Source: a virus
Direction: 5' to 3' (one strand)
Length of the DNA stretch: 64,000 nt
IMG/VR virus record: IMGVR_UViG_3300037560_000207
Span: 32,001-96,000 of that record
This document shows positions 51,991 to 62,522 of this stretch, piece after piece. The stretch's first letter is position 1, and the number at the start of each line of letters is the position of its first letter. Made by a program: the position numbers and the translations under genes. The notes beneath the pieces are model-generated. The model was not told where the DNA came from. It did not search any database and saw only the letters and a list, made by a program, of their open reading frames with translations.

Positions 51991-52400
51991 TAGGTCCACA
52001 ATTATTAGATGTTCTTAAATTTCGAAAACGTTGCGATCCCATAAGAGATAACTCATGGAGTCTTGATTATCCAATAACACAAAACAATATTAAAATAGCA
52101 ATTGCTAACAATAATCTCCTTCCTCCTAAATCGAATGACATTGTACCATATTCCATTAATCCATTAATCCATGCTGCACGTATAGCATGGTTTATTATTC
52201 ATGGTTGGAATGACCCGATAAACATAGATGTAGGCGTACCATCATTAGGATGTTATCCAAAATGGCCACTAAAAGATGGTAATCATAGGTTCGCCGCAGC
52301 CATTATTCGGGATGACCATTTTATCCTTGCTAATATGTCTGGCGCAGTTAATGAAATCCAGAAATTTTTATGGGAAACAGTAGAAATAGGAATGAAATAG
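51987..52400 (+). CDS. ParB/sulfiredoxin-like N-terminal domain protein
   Basis: HAARIAW...DPINID...LKDGNHRFAAA motif; coupled to the E1 gene. Confidence 0.6.
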   Translation: MIGPQLLDVLKFRKRCDPIRDNSWSLDYPITQNNIKIAIANNNLLPPKSNDIVPYSINPLIHAARIAWFIIHGWNDPINIDVGVPSLGCYPKWPLKDGNHRFAAAIIRDDHFILANMSGAVNEIQKFLWETVEIGMK

Positions 52401-52849
52401 ATATGAGCAATTTACCTACGGACGATTGTTTTGTATTTGTAGTCAAAACAAATTCATATGCCGGTAATTTTGAACGCCAAATGTGTAGTTATATTACCGG
52501 TGAATATGGTGAATGTGAAGTTGGTGACAAAGAAGCTGAAATATTTAAAGCTGAATGTCCCAATAATTATAGGTTTAAAGATTCGGTTATTTCCTTTCCT
52601 GACGAACATGGCTGTTGGCGTCCAGCAACTATGTGGGGTCATAAATGTAATGATGTAGCAATCTTTTTTGAAACTAAACCCACTGAGACACAACTTACTT
52701 TAATGAGAAATCGTGCTAGGAAATTTGCTATAATGACCAATCCATCTGATGGAAAGCATAAACATATCACCATCCATGGTTTTGAATTAAGAAAATATTG
52801 TATTAAACGTATTGATACAGAAATCACTGTGTGGAAAAAGAATGAGTAA
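52370..52849 (+). CDS. Hypothetical protein
   Basis: ORF in the rightward run. Confidence 0.55.
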   Translation: MGNSRNRNEIDMSNLPTDDCFVFVVKTNSYAGNFERQMCSYITGEYGECEVGDKEAEIFKAECPNNYRFKDSVISFPDEHGCWRPATMWGHKCNDVAIFFETKPTETQLTLMRNRARKFAIMTNPSDGKHKHITIHGFELRKYCIKRIDTEITVWKKNE

Positions 52850-53587
52850 GTTCTATAATAACGCATGAATGTGGATGGCGATCAGAACTGTCATCTTTGT
52901 ATGGAAACCGCCCAACGTGGGAGGTAGTTTTAGGAATCCTTTATATGAGGAGTAAGAAAATGTTAGGAATTAAGAAGAAAGCACAAGGAATCAAACTTAT
53001 TGAAGAGGTGGCGGGTCGTTTTACTACTATGATCGAAGAATTGGAAAGAGGAGCGGACGATTGCCAACATGAATGTGCGGGTATTCAAACTCAAATCCAA
53101 ATGCTCAATCAACGCGATACCGAACTTTGTAGTTCTATCACACAAGCACAAAAACTTGCGTCTAATTTGCGCAACCTTATCGGTTAATCATAAATCACAC
53201 AATAACTTTTGTTAATAAAGTAAAAATTAATGGCAAACGGTCAAACCAAAGTCATAGTGGCTCAAAGAGGTATTGGATTCTGTGGTGTCTTATTTATTAT
53301 CCTCCTTCTTCTGAAGGTCGGTGTTGTTGAAACGACAGTCATGGGATGGTCTTGGATTTGGATCACTATGGAGTCCACTAGCTATATTTGTTAGTATCTT
53401 CCTACTCATCGTAGGGGGAGGACTCCTTGTGCTGGGGATCGGTTACCTCATTGACCTAATCAGGAAATAAATCGATGCTAATTGTTATAGCTATAAAAGT
53501 AGCCAGTATCGTAGTGGCTATCTTGATATCTTGGTGGATAATCAACAAAATAGACTCTTTTCTCATAAGACGAAAGATGAATAGATA

Positions 53588-53824
53588 TTGGCACAGACGC
53601 CAAAAGAGAGGATCAAAATGATTCAAAAGAGTAGCACTGTCATCCTGCGAACCGTCAATGCAATTTATTCGCCATGTAAAATTGTTGCTTTGAATGATGA
53701 AAGCATTACTGTCAAATTTTTTGCGGGGATGAAAAAAGATCGCAAGACAGGAAAAATGTATGAGGATCATCAAATTGAAACAATTCCTCGTAATAAGATT
53801 ACTAGTTTACAGGAAAGAACCTAA
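53588..53824 (+). CDS. Small protein, paralogue of 23169..23411
   Basis: See 23169; probable start at the internal MIQK. Confidence 0.7.
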   Translation: MAQTPKERIKMIQKSSTVILRTVNAIYSPCKIVALNDESITVKFFAGMKKDRKTGKMYEDHQIETIPRNKITSLQERT

Positions 53825-54657
53825 ATATGACTGATAAACGATATCGGGTGAATTTTCAATGTCCCAACCCTGACTGCGATTCTATAACAGTCGAAGAAGT
53901 GATGGTTGAGGTTTCTCAATTTTCTCCGATCACCGATATTATTCCCTGTGTTGTCAATAAACAACTCTGCTATGCAGTGGATTATGGCAATTGCTCGTAT
54001 GGGGGTGGTATAGTTTTACATTATGCCTGTCCATCCTGTGGATATATTTTACATGATTCTCACGAATATAGTATACCAATTTCAGAAGATACTGAGTTGT
54101 TTGAATGGCTTAAGCGGCACAATATGTTGGAGGAAGTATAAATGGGAAGAATTCCTGAACACGAATACATTAAACAGCACGGGTATCGAGCGGTAACATT
54201 TCAGTTGATTGAACTTTACCACACCCCAAGCGAAGTCGAGGTGTTCAACACATGGTTCGCAGGTCAAACTTGGCCTATCTTAGAGGATGGCACATATGCT
54301 GTCTATGTAGATGATTACGAACGGTGGTTGTCGGAAGGAAGATTGGATCATCAACTCTCCCATAATTGGGATTAAGGAGAAGAATGATAGCGTATCTAAT
54401 CACATATCAGACTCGTCGTAGGATCAAATTGACACTTCCCTCGGGAGATTGGAAAGATAAAGAAAAGACTGTTCTTGCTGATGAAGATGCAAGGGAGGCT
54501 ATAAATGAAATCGTAGACTCTCTTCAGGGCTATAGTTTTCGTTTAAAAGGTGTAAAAGCAGTGGGACAGGTAGATATGATAGCTAAAACAAATCCCACAG
54601 ACCAGGAATGTTAAAGTAACACTGAGATGCCCACCAGATTACCCTGGCCAGTGCTCT

Positions 54658-54936
54658 TCATTCAGCTTTGGATATTTTATTATCACCAATTTTAATGTCC
54701 TTAGTGAGTGAATCAACAATTGTGTCAATAAGGGTAGATTGGATTTCCACCCTAGCCGGTTCCTCGCTTATTTGTTTGGCCCTAATACCAGCATATATTT
54801 CCCAAGAACCTTCATTCGCAGTAACCAGAGCACAGCCCGTAGTCCCAGCCAGCAAACACATAGCTAACCATAATTTTACAAAGTTTTTTCTCATAATAAC
54901 TTCCTCCTCTTGTTTAATTATACACCAAAGGAGCAA
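54658..54936 (-). CDS. Putative lipoprotein
   Basis: MRKNFVKLWLAMCLLAGTTGC: basic N-region, hydrophobic core, lipobox-like TTGC; GAGGAGG RBS. Confidence 0.6.
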   Translation of the reverse strand: MLLWCIIKQEEEVIMRKNFVKLWLAMCLLAGTTGCALVTANEGSWEIYAGIRAKQISEEPARVEIQSTLIDTIVDSLTKDIKIGDNKISKAE

Positions 54937-55342
54937 GAATGGAATTCGATGTCATAGTAAAGCACCCCAATTTTGGTATAGGGAAAATATCGGAAATAAC
55001 TTTCGATAATACAAACGAACCACTCATCTCAGTCCAATGGGGTAGTGGACGACGTGGATGCTACTTGGTCGAGGAACTAGAATTTTTAGTAATAGGAGAA
55101 TAAGAGTGGCTGAAGAATATGCTGCATTCTATGGGGATGAAACCGGCATAATTATTCTAGCAAACAATATTGAAGATGCTGAAAAATATGCTGCTAAAAT
55201 AGCATCTCCGTTAAAAAGGGTGGTATTGCGAAAAGGAATGAGTTGGTTTGATGAACTTTATGCAGACACCACAGAAATACATGATATCACTGGAGATAAG
55301 TTAAAAATCGTAGACTTGAAATCACTGATGTAAAAGTTTTGC

Positions 55343-55371
55343 CGAACAAATAGAGGGGTCCGACGTATAAT
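55343..55371 (+). promoter_or_regulatory. Promoter CGAACAA-N14-CGTATAAT
   Basis: Exact box and spacing match to the other copies; intergenic. Confidence 0.7.
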
Positions 55372-55988
55372 AAGGTAACAGCCAAAGCTGTTCCCGAAAC
55401 TTTTTGTTTTGTTAGAAAGGAAATATAACATGATTGCAGTTTTTGAAGATAACCATGAAATTATTGTTGTCGGACTAAATGCCGATGGTAGTCCAATGGA
55501 TTCGGATGGAACATTGTTTGGTCCCGAATCTGGACGAGACATAAATATGTTTGAACGACTCGATGTTAATGTTGATGAAGGAGAAATCATACGTATAGAA
55601 TCATCATCAAGAGTACGAGTACGATAGAAATAAAAAATTGGCTACGTATGGTCAATTAGTTATTGGGTTTTGAAAAATAGGAGCAACCAAAATGTCACAA
55701 ACACACGACAGAATTGAAAAGAATGAGGATCAGAGTGACCAAGCGTTTGAAATCATCGAAATCAACCTTGCAACCGGTGGAACAACGATTCTAATTCAAA
55801 AAGGAATCATCGGTGCATTATCTCATCAATTGAAGAACACAAGTAATCATAGGAAGGGTAGTTCAATTTTGAGGAAATTAGGGTACGTGTTATCTAACTG
55901 TGGGGACATCCAATATGGCGGAGAAATAAAAGAAACTGATTTAGACCCCGACCTGGTGACTAGTGAAGTAAACGAAGAAGATGAATAA

Positions 55989-56627
55989 GTGTTATCTTTA
56001 TTCGAACAACGATTTGGGAAACTGATAGCCATTTGGCCACAGGGAAAGAGTAAGCATAGAAAGATTCTATGGCTATGTCAATGTGATTGTGGCAATGAAG
56101 TAATTATAGGAGGTAGCTCACTTAAAAGTGGCCATACTAGAAGTTGTGGATGTCTGAAAATAGAAAAAATAAAACAACGATCAACCAAACATGGATATGG
56201 AAAATCTCATGTTTATCGAATATGGGCTAATATGATTCAAAGATGCACTAATCCAAATCGCAGTCAATATCAATATTACGGAGGTCGTAATATCAAAGTT
56301 TGTAAACGGTGGTCAAAGTTTAAAAACTTTCTAAAAGATATGGGTGAGGTGCCCCCTGGGCACCAAATTGATCGAATAAACAATAATGGTAATTATTGTA
56401 AATCCAATTGTCGTTGGGTAACTTCAAAACAACAACAAAGAAATAAACAAAACAACAGACCAATAACCTATAATGGTAGAACGCAACTTTTGATTGAATG
56501 GGCAGAAGAAACAGGTATTGATAGGGAAACTATTGCTGCGAGATTGAAAAGAGGTTGGTCTATCGAAAAAGCATTAATAACACCAATACAAAAACATAAA
56601 GTATACAAACTAAAAGATCGTGTCTAA
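55989..56627 (+). CDS. HNH-type endonuclease
   Basis: WLCQCDCGN...SCGC...MIQRC...YGGRNIKVCKRW...QIDRINNNGNYCKSNCRW. Confidence 0.85.
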   Translation: MLSLFEQRFGKLIAIWPQGKSKHRKILWLCQCDCGNEVIIGGSSLKSGHTRSCGCLKIEKIKQRSTKHGYGKSHVYRIWANMIQRCTNPNRSQYQYYGGRNIKVCKRWSKFKNFLKDMGEVPPGHQIDRINNNGNYCKSNCRWVTSKQQQRNKQNNRPITYNGRTQLLIEWAEETGIDRETIAARLKRGWSIEKALITPIQKHKVYKLKDRV

Positions 56628-56665
56628 TTTTATTTATTTTTGTCTTTAATAATAGAGGAAAAACA

Positions 56666-57165
56666 ATGGCAGCATTAACAACACAAGAACAACGAGTAAT
56701 CAAAAATCATTTCGAAGGGCGTGTCAACAGAAGCCGACGACAGTCAATGGTGGATTTCCTTACCAAGCACTTCCGTTATCATACTATGAATGCGTGCAAT
56801 CGAAGCACTAGCTATGCACATAACATCAAATTAACATATTTACAAGGTGTTCTCCCAAATGACATTACCAACATCAGTAGCGAAACAGCGTGGGCTATGC
56901 TTGATTGCACAGAGTGGCACGTCCACATGAATGGTCTTATGCATGATAAGGTGGTATCAGAAGTGGCAGATTATTCTGTCAACTAGGTTTACCTATTGAT
57001 CAAGGTGAAGATTTTCATGGCTGGGATATGGATGAACTTAAGAATCGTGTTATTATCGTCCAGGATTTCGATATGCTTGCAGCCGATATAATTATGGATT
57101 TCTGTGCATTTTGCAGGTCTTATGATGTAGTTGAAACTGTTAAAATACTACAGGAAAAAGAATAA
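56666..57165 (+). pseudogene. Probably frameshifted conserved phage gene
   Basis: N-half HFRYHTMNACNRSTSYAHNIK stops at 56986; a -1 frame open from 56950 to 57165 reads as its natural C-half (IDQGEDFHGWDMDELKNRV...QDFD). Confidence 0.45.
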
Positions 57166-57793
57166 TGGCAAAAGAATTTCTAAACGTAGGCTTCGCTGTT
57201 TTCAATATAAAGACAGAAGAAAAACATAAGGCAGACACTGGTTTTATCACACGATTTGGTCAGGAAATTTTTGACAAAGAAATTTTACCAATTCACAAGT
57301 CTGGCATCATGTCTATTTTCCACAATCCACCAAATCAATGGACCGCATGGTATATAGAAATTGTTGCATTTTTAGTCAATAATCGAATATACAACAGGAC
57401 TAAAAATGGATCAATGTGATTTTCCCAAATGTAGAAACCTCACAGAATTAGTATATATTGGACGCAATGTCTGTAATAAACATTGGGAACAAATCTGTGA
57501 AACAGATAGCAAGACACAAAAGAGATTATTAAGAATGATCCGCCTAGTCAGAAATGATGGTGGTGCAGTAGTTCCGATAAGGAGGAGGAGAAACAATGGA
57601 AACGAAGATTGATTGGAAAAAGGTATGGATCAAGTTCGACGAATGGATAAGTACGAAAGGAAAGTCCACTAGATGTAAAACTTGCGATCACTCTGAAAGT
57701 AACTTTCCAGATTGGGAAGAACAGCAAAGAAAAATTCAACAGCTTGTTAATGCCCAGGTCCGAGAACTATAAAAAGAAAATCTAGGATTTTGT

Positions 57794-57822
57794 CGAACAA
57801 ACTTTCTTATCGTACGTATAAT
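57794..57822 (+). promoter_or_regulatory. Promoter CGAACAA-N14-CGTATAAT
   Basis: Immediately upstream of the DNA ligase gene. Confidence 0.7.
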
Positions 57823-57841
57823 AATACGAGAGAAAGAATAT

Positions 57842-59713
57842 ATGGAAACAAAACAACTCGAAGAAGCAAGTGAAGCTTATTATGCTGGCAATCCAATTAT
57901 AACAGATGTCGAATTTGACTCCGCTATTACTCAGCTACAAAAAAACGATCCTGATCATCCATTTTTAAAGAGAATAGGTGCGCCTGTTCCGGGTACATTA
58001 AAAGCCAAACATAAGATTCCAATGGGAAGTTTGGATAATGCTAACAACGAACAAGAATTTCGAGCATGGATTCCAGACAAGACATATATACATCTTTCCC
58101 ATAAAATGGACGGTTCTTCATTGGAATTTGTTTACCAGGATGGTTCATTTGTTCAAGCCATTACTCGTGGAGATGGTAAGGTCGGGGAAGATGTTACCAA
58201 GAATGTTCTACGGTCTGGCAACATTCCATTGTCTATTCATCCATCTATTGTATCGGTAAGATGTGAATGTTTAATACATAAGGATGATTGGATGAAGCAT
58301 TTTAGTGGAGATGCTAATCCACGAAATTCTGCTGCTGGAACACTTCGTCGCCATGACGGCCATAATGCAAAGTATCTCAGATTCTATACGTTCGATGCGA
58401 TGTTCAATATCGGTGATGACGCATTGTCTCATCTGGAATATGAAGATGAGGTCATGTCTATGCTTACAGAATGGTTTCTAACACCAGATTGTACTTTTTC
58501 AAATGATCTAAATAGTATGATCGCATGGTGCCAAGAAACAGAAAATAATCGAGAGACTTTTCCTTACGAAATAGACGGAGTTGTGGCTAAGATAGATGAT
58601 CGCACCAGGTCACAAAAAATGGGGGATCGGGATGGTCGTCCAAAAGGTCAAATAGCTATTAAGTTCAACCCTCGTGGCAGTGAGACTATTTTAAGGAAAG
58701 TAGTATGGCAAGTTGGTCACACTGGTGCTTTAACTCCGGTTGGTGAGGTTGATCCAGTAGGAGTAGGTGGCACTCTTATACAACGTGTTACATTATGTAA
58801 TTTAGACGAAATCGAAAGGTTGGGCATAGCTATCGGAGATACGGTCGAGGTTATTAGAGCGGGTGATGTCATTCCAAAACTATCTAAATGTATTAGGAAA
58901 GATAAAAGGAGACAGACTATATGTAGACCATTCCAGTGTCCAGAGTGTTATGGCGACATTGAAAAGAATGGTGCAAAACTCTTTTGTATAAATGATGAGT
59001 GCCCAGGTAAATCTTTTGCTCGCGTCATGACATGGATAAAGAAACGTAATATCCTGAATATCGGAGAAGGTATCGTTAAGGCTGCTGGTGTAGAACATAT
59101 TCTTCGACTATACGACAAAGGTCTCGACGAGTGGGCTAATGTCAAAGTCGGGAATGGTGTATTAGGGCAAAAACGTGCGCAAAAAATAATAGATGCTCTG
59201 GAGAATTCTAGATCGGTTTCTTTGTCTGAATTTTTGGGCTCCATAGGGATCAAAAGTGTGGGTAGGTCTCTTTGTAGTGTTCTTTGTGAGGGACTAGGGC
59301 TGGAGACGATCAATGATGTGTTTACAGTCCATCCAAAGCAGATAGAATCACTTGAAGGATTCGGATACACAAGAGCATGTGATTTTTGTAGTTGGTTATT
59401 GGACCATGATGAAGAAGTATTAGATATAGCCCATCTGATGAATTTTGAGAATCAGCCAGACACCAAAGGTGAAGGTAGGGTTTTCAATGGTGAGACAATA
59501 TGTTTTACCGGTAAGTCTCCAAAGCCACGTCCAGAAATGAATAGTTTGGCAAAAGCTGCTGGGGCATCAGTTGTTAGTTCTGTAGGTAGTAGTACAACGA
59601 TTTTGGTTATAGCTGATATAAATAGTATATCATCAAAAGCTATTAAGGCTCGTGAACTTGGGATTAAATTGATGTCGCCAGAAGATTTTTTATCTAATGT
59701 TAGTGGCAATTGA
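57842..59713 (+). CDS. ligA: NAD-dependent DNA ligase
   Basis: KMDG (motif I), AITRGDG, NPRNSAAG, DGVVAK, QVGHTGALTPV, RAGDVIP, CPEC...CINDEC zinc finger, C-terminal BRCT (CFTG). Confidence 0.95.
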   Translation: METKQLEEASEAYYAGNPIITDVEFDSAITQLQKNDPDHPFLKRIGAPVPGTLKAKHKIPMGSLDNANNEQEFRAWIPDKTYIHLSHKMDGSSLEFVYQDGSFVQAITRGDGKVGEDVTKNVLRSGNIPLSIHPSIVSVRCECLIHKDDWMKHFSGDANPRNSAAGTLRRHDGHNAKYLRFYTFDAMFNIGDDALSHLEYEDEVMSMLTEWFLTPDCTFSNDLNSMIAWCQETENNRETFPYEIDGVVAKIDDRTRSQKMGDRDGRPKGQIAIKFNPRGSETILRKVVWQVGHTGALTPVGEVDPVGVGGTLIQRVTLCNLDEIERLGIAIGDTVEVIRAGDVIPKLSKCIRKDKRRQTICRPFQCPECYGDIEKNGAKLFCINDECPGKSFARVMTWIKKRNILNIGEGIVKAAGVEHILRLYDKGLDEWANVKVGNGVLGQKRAQKIIDALENSRSVSLSEFLGSIGIKSVGRSLCSVLCEGLGLETINDVFTVHPKQIESLEGFGYTRACDFCSWLLDHDEEVLDIAHLMNFENQPDTKGEGRVFNGETICFTGKSPKPRPEMNSLAKAAGASVVSSVGSSTTILVIADINSISSKAIKARELGIKLMSPEDFLSNVSGN

Positions 59714-59766
59714 TTTTATCATTAATCACTTTAAGAGATTAATTCCTTCGGTTTTTTATTTTCTGT

Positions 59767-59795
59767 CGAACAAATATATCTAATGGGCGTATAAT
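59767..59795 (+). promoter_or_regulatory. Promoter CGAACAA-N14-CGTATAAT
   Basis: Exact match; upstream of ORF 59804. Confidence 0.7.
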
Positions 59796-60354
59796 ATAGT
59801 AGCATGACCCAGAAAGAAATTATATCGAGGCTGAAGAAAATCCTTAATAAATCGGATGTTGAATCTGATGGATTAATTAATAGGAAGCAGTCGTCCAAAC
59901 ATGATGGTGAAGTTGAAGTCTTATTAGATCACATTTCACTACTGATAGCCGATCTTCGTTTTAACGCTAAAGTAGATAGACGAGAATTATTTCAGGTGAG
60001 AGCGGTTTTAGAGGAATAGAGAAAAGGAATTGATAGAAGATGAATAACAACATAGATTCTTTTTTTATAATCAACTTGGGTTAAGGGGATAAGAACGTGA
60101 ACCATGATTATACTGGTTTGATATTAACTCAAGATAAAAATAAACCCTACCAATATAGAATAGAATTGTGGATTGGAGGAGTCAAATCAGAAACAAACAG
60201 AACTTTTAATACCTCCCATCAAGCGTTGAAAGAAGTTGTTAGAATAATGGATGGCCTCAAGTTACCACTTGAGTCTTTAAGTATCAACATAGTAGATGTT
60301 TCAGTACTGAAGACATCGTAAGTATCATGAATTCCAAAAAAAGAAGGATAATAA

Positions 60355-61902
60355 ATGGAAAATTTCAAAACAAACATCTCTGACTATATTTGTTCTGGTC
60401 ATGCATTATTGCATATTGATACATTTGAGAAAGACAGAGCTATTGCTGAAATAGCCGAAATAGCTAAAACTATTGATAGGAAAATTATAATTTGGAGCGT
60501 TAGTCAAGGTTGGGTTGACGAAAAAGGTGCACCAGTTTGTAAGGTTAAAGCAGAAGATTCAATTGAAGATCAGCTAAAAGCTATTATCGATTTCGGAGAA
60601 GGTATCATATGTATTCTTCAAGATTTCGGTGTATATCTAAAATATGAAACATATCCTAACTACGACGTTACAATAAGTTTGTTAAATGATCTTCGTAAAA
60701 TTATGGCATCGGTTCGTCAATCTATTATCTTTGTAGGCCCTGGCTTCGAAATACCACTCTCTTTAACACATGATATAGCACAAATAGATTTTAGTTTACC
60801 AGACGAAAAAGCAATAGAAGAAAGAATAAGGTTCATCTGTAAAGATGTTTCGAAAAGTGATGGGGATAAATTTAAACTTAACGAGGCAATACTCCCTGAA
60901 ATAATCTTCGCTTGCAAAGGAATGACCTCAAGTGAAGTTGCCGATCGTGTAGCGTTAAGCCTAAGAAAACATAAAGATTTAAATAAAGATGCAATCAAAA
61001 CTTTAGTAAGAGAAAAAGCTTCAGTAATCAATTCATCTGGTCTTTTACAATATATTGAACCACGCACAAAGGGGCTGTCAGATGTGGGAGGCTACGAAGT
61101 TCTTAAAAATCATGTGAAACTCGATAAACCATGCTTCACCCAAGAAGCTAAGGAATTTGGAATAGAATTTCCTCGCGGAATTTTAGAAGTAGGTGTCCCG
61201 GGTTGTGGGAAAACATTAATGTCTGAAGCAATAGCGGCTGATTTTAACTTGCCATTAATTGCATTCGACGTGGGAAGTATAATGGGTTCTCTTGTTGGTC
61301 AATCCGAAGCCAATATGAGACAAGCTATTAAAATTATTGAAAGTGTTGCTCCATGTGTCCTCCAGGTAGACGAAATTGAAAAAGCATTTGGAGGCAATAA
61401 TGATCTTGACGGTGGCACTTCTAAAAGAACCTTCTCTAGTTTCCTTAAATGGATGAGTGACAGAGAATCTGCTGTTTATATTGTTGCGACCGCCAATGAT
61501 GTTAGTAGTCTTCCGGTTGAGCTTCTACGGTCTGGGAGATTTGACGCGCTGTTCGGTTTTGATCTACCTAACGAAGATGAAAGGCAACAAATATTTGATA
61601 TCCACATAACTAAAAGGGGTAGGAGTAGTAAATCTTTTAATACTAAGAAATTGTCCCAAAAGGCAATTAATTTTGTAGGAGCTGATATAGAACAGGCCGT
61701 TAAAATGGCACTCAAAATCGCATTTGCTCAGAAGAAACAATTAAAACAATCCCATATTGAACTAGCCATCGAAAAAATCGTTCCCTTAAGTAAGGTAGAA
61801 CCTGAAAAAATTAAAGCAATTCAAGAATGGTGCCAAAAACATACACGGATGGCAAATCCCCAAGAAAAAACTGAAACAACCAGAAAAGTTTCTCTTGATT
61901 AG
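60355..61902 (+). CDS. AAA+ ATPase (Ycf46/SpoVK-like, degenerate N-terminal module plus intact classic AAA domain)
   Basis: GVPGCGKT Walker A, LQVDEIEK Walker B, ATAN sensor, PVELLRSGRFD second region of homology. Confidence 0.9.
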   Translation: MENFKTNISDYICSGHALLHIDTFEKDRAIAEIAEIAKTIDRKIIIWSVSQGWVDEKGAPVCKVKAEDSIEDQLKAIIDFGEGIICILQDFGVYLKYETYPNYDVTISLLNDLRKIMASVRQSIIFVGPGFEIPLSLTHDIAQIDFSLPDEKAIEERIRFICKDVSKSDGDKFKLNEAILPEIIFACKGMTSSEVADRVALSLRKHKDLNKDAIKTLVREKASVINSSGLLQYIEPRTKGLSDVGGYEVLKNHVKLDKPCFTQEAKEFGIEFPRGILEVGVPGCGKTLMSEAIAADFNLPLIAFDVGSIMGSLVGQSEANMRQAIKIIESVAPCVLQVDEIEKAFGGNNDLDGGTSKRTFSSFLKWMSDRESAVYIVATANDVSSLPVELLRSGRFDALFGFDLPNEDERQQIFDIHITKRGRSSKSFNTKKLSQKAINFVGADIEQAVKMALKIAFAQKKQLKQSHIELAIEKIVPLSKVEPEKIKAIQEWCQKHTRMANPQEKTETTRKVSLD

Positions 61903-61910
61903 AGGGTCTT

Positions 61911-62522
61911 ATGTCGGGATTTATTAATTTAATAGGGAAAAGATTTGGTAAATTGATTGTTATTCGAAGAATGAATAATAATAAAAGCAATAAAATAACA
62001 TGGCTATGTAAATGTGATTGTGGTAATAAAAAAATAATTTGTGGTGGGGACTTAAAAAACGGACGCACTCAAAGTTGTAGATGCCTACTTATAACACATA
62101 GTCTTAGCGACCATAACTTATATCCTATATGGAACCAAATGATACAAAGATGTACAAATATTAATGATAAATATTATAATATTTATGGTGGCCGAGGAAT
62201 CAATGTTTGTAAGAAATGGAGAGAATTCCCGAGTTTTCTTAGAGATATGGGAAGTGGGTGGAAACCCGGATTGACTCTTGAACGAACTAATAATAAACTA
62301 GGATATTTCAAAGATAATTGCGAATGGGCAACTCAGAAACAACAACAGAGAAATAGGCGAGACAATCATTTGGAAACTTATAATACTAAAACACAATGCC
62401 TAGCAGCCTGGGAGGAAGAAACCGGTATTAACCAAAGTACTATTCGATATAGACTCAAGGTTGGTTGGTCAATAGAAAAAGCCTTAACAACACCAGTTCA
62501 AAAAAGGAGAAAAAAGAAATGA
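61911..62522 (+). CDS. HNH-type endonuclease
   Basis: WLCKCDCGN...MIQRC...YGGRGINVCKKW...TLERTNNKLGYFKDNCEW. Confidence 0.85.
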   Translation: MSGFINLIGKRFGKLIVIRRMNNNKSNKITWLCKCDCGNKKIICGGDLKNGRTQSCRCLLITHSLSDHNLYPIWNQMIQRCTNINDKYYNIYGGRGINVCKKWREFPSFLRDMGSGWKPGLTLERTNNKLGYFKDNCEWATQKQQQRNRRDNHLETYNTKTQCLAAWEEETGINQSTIRYRLKVGWSIEKALTTPVQKRRKKK

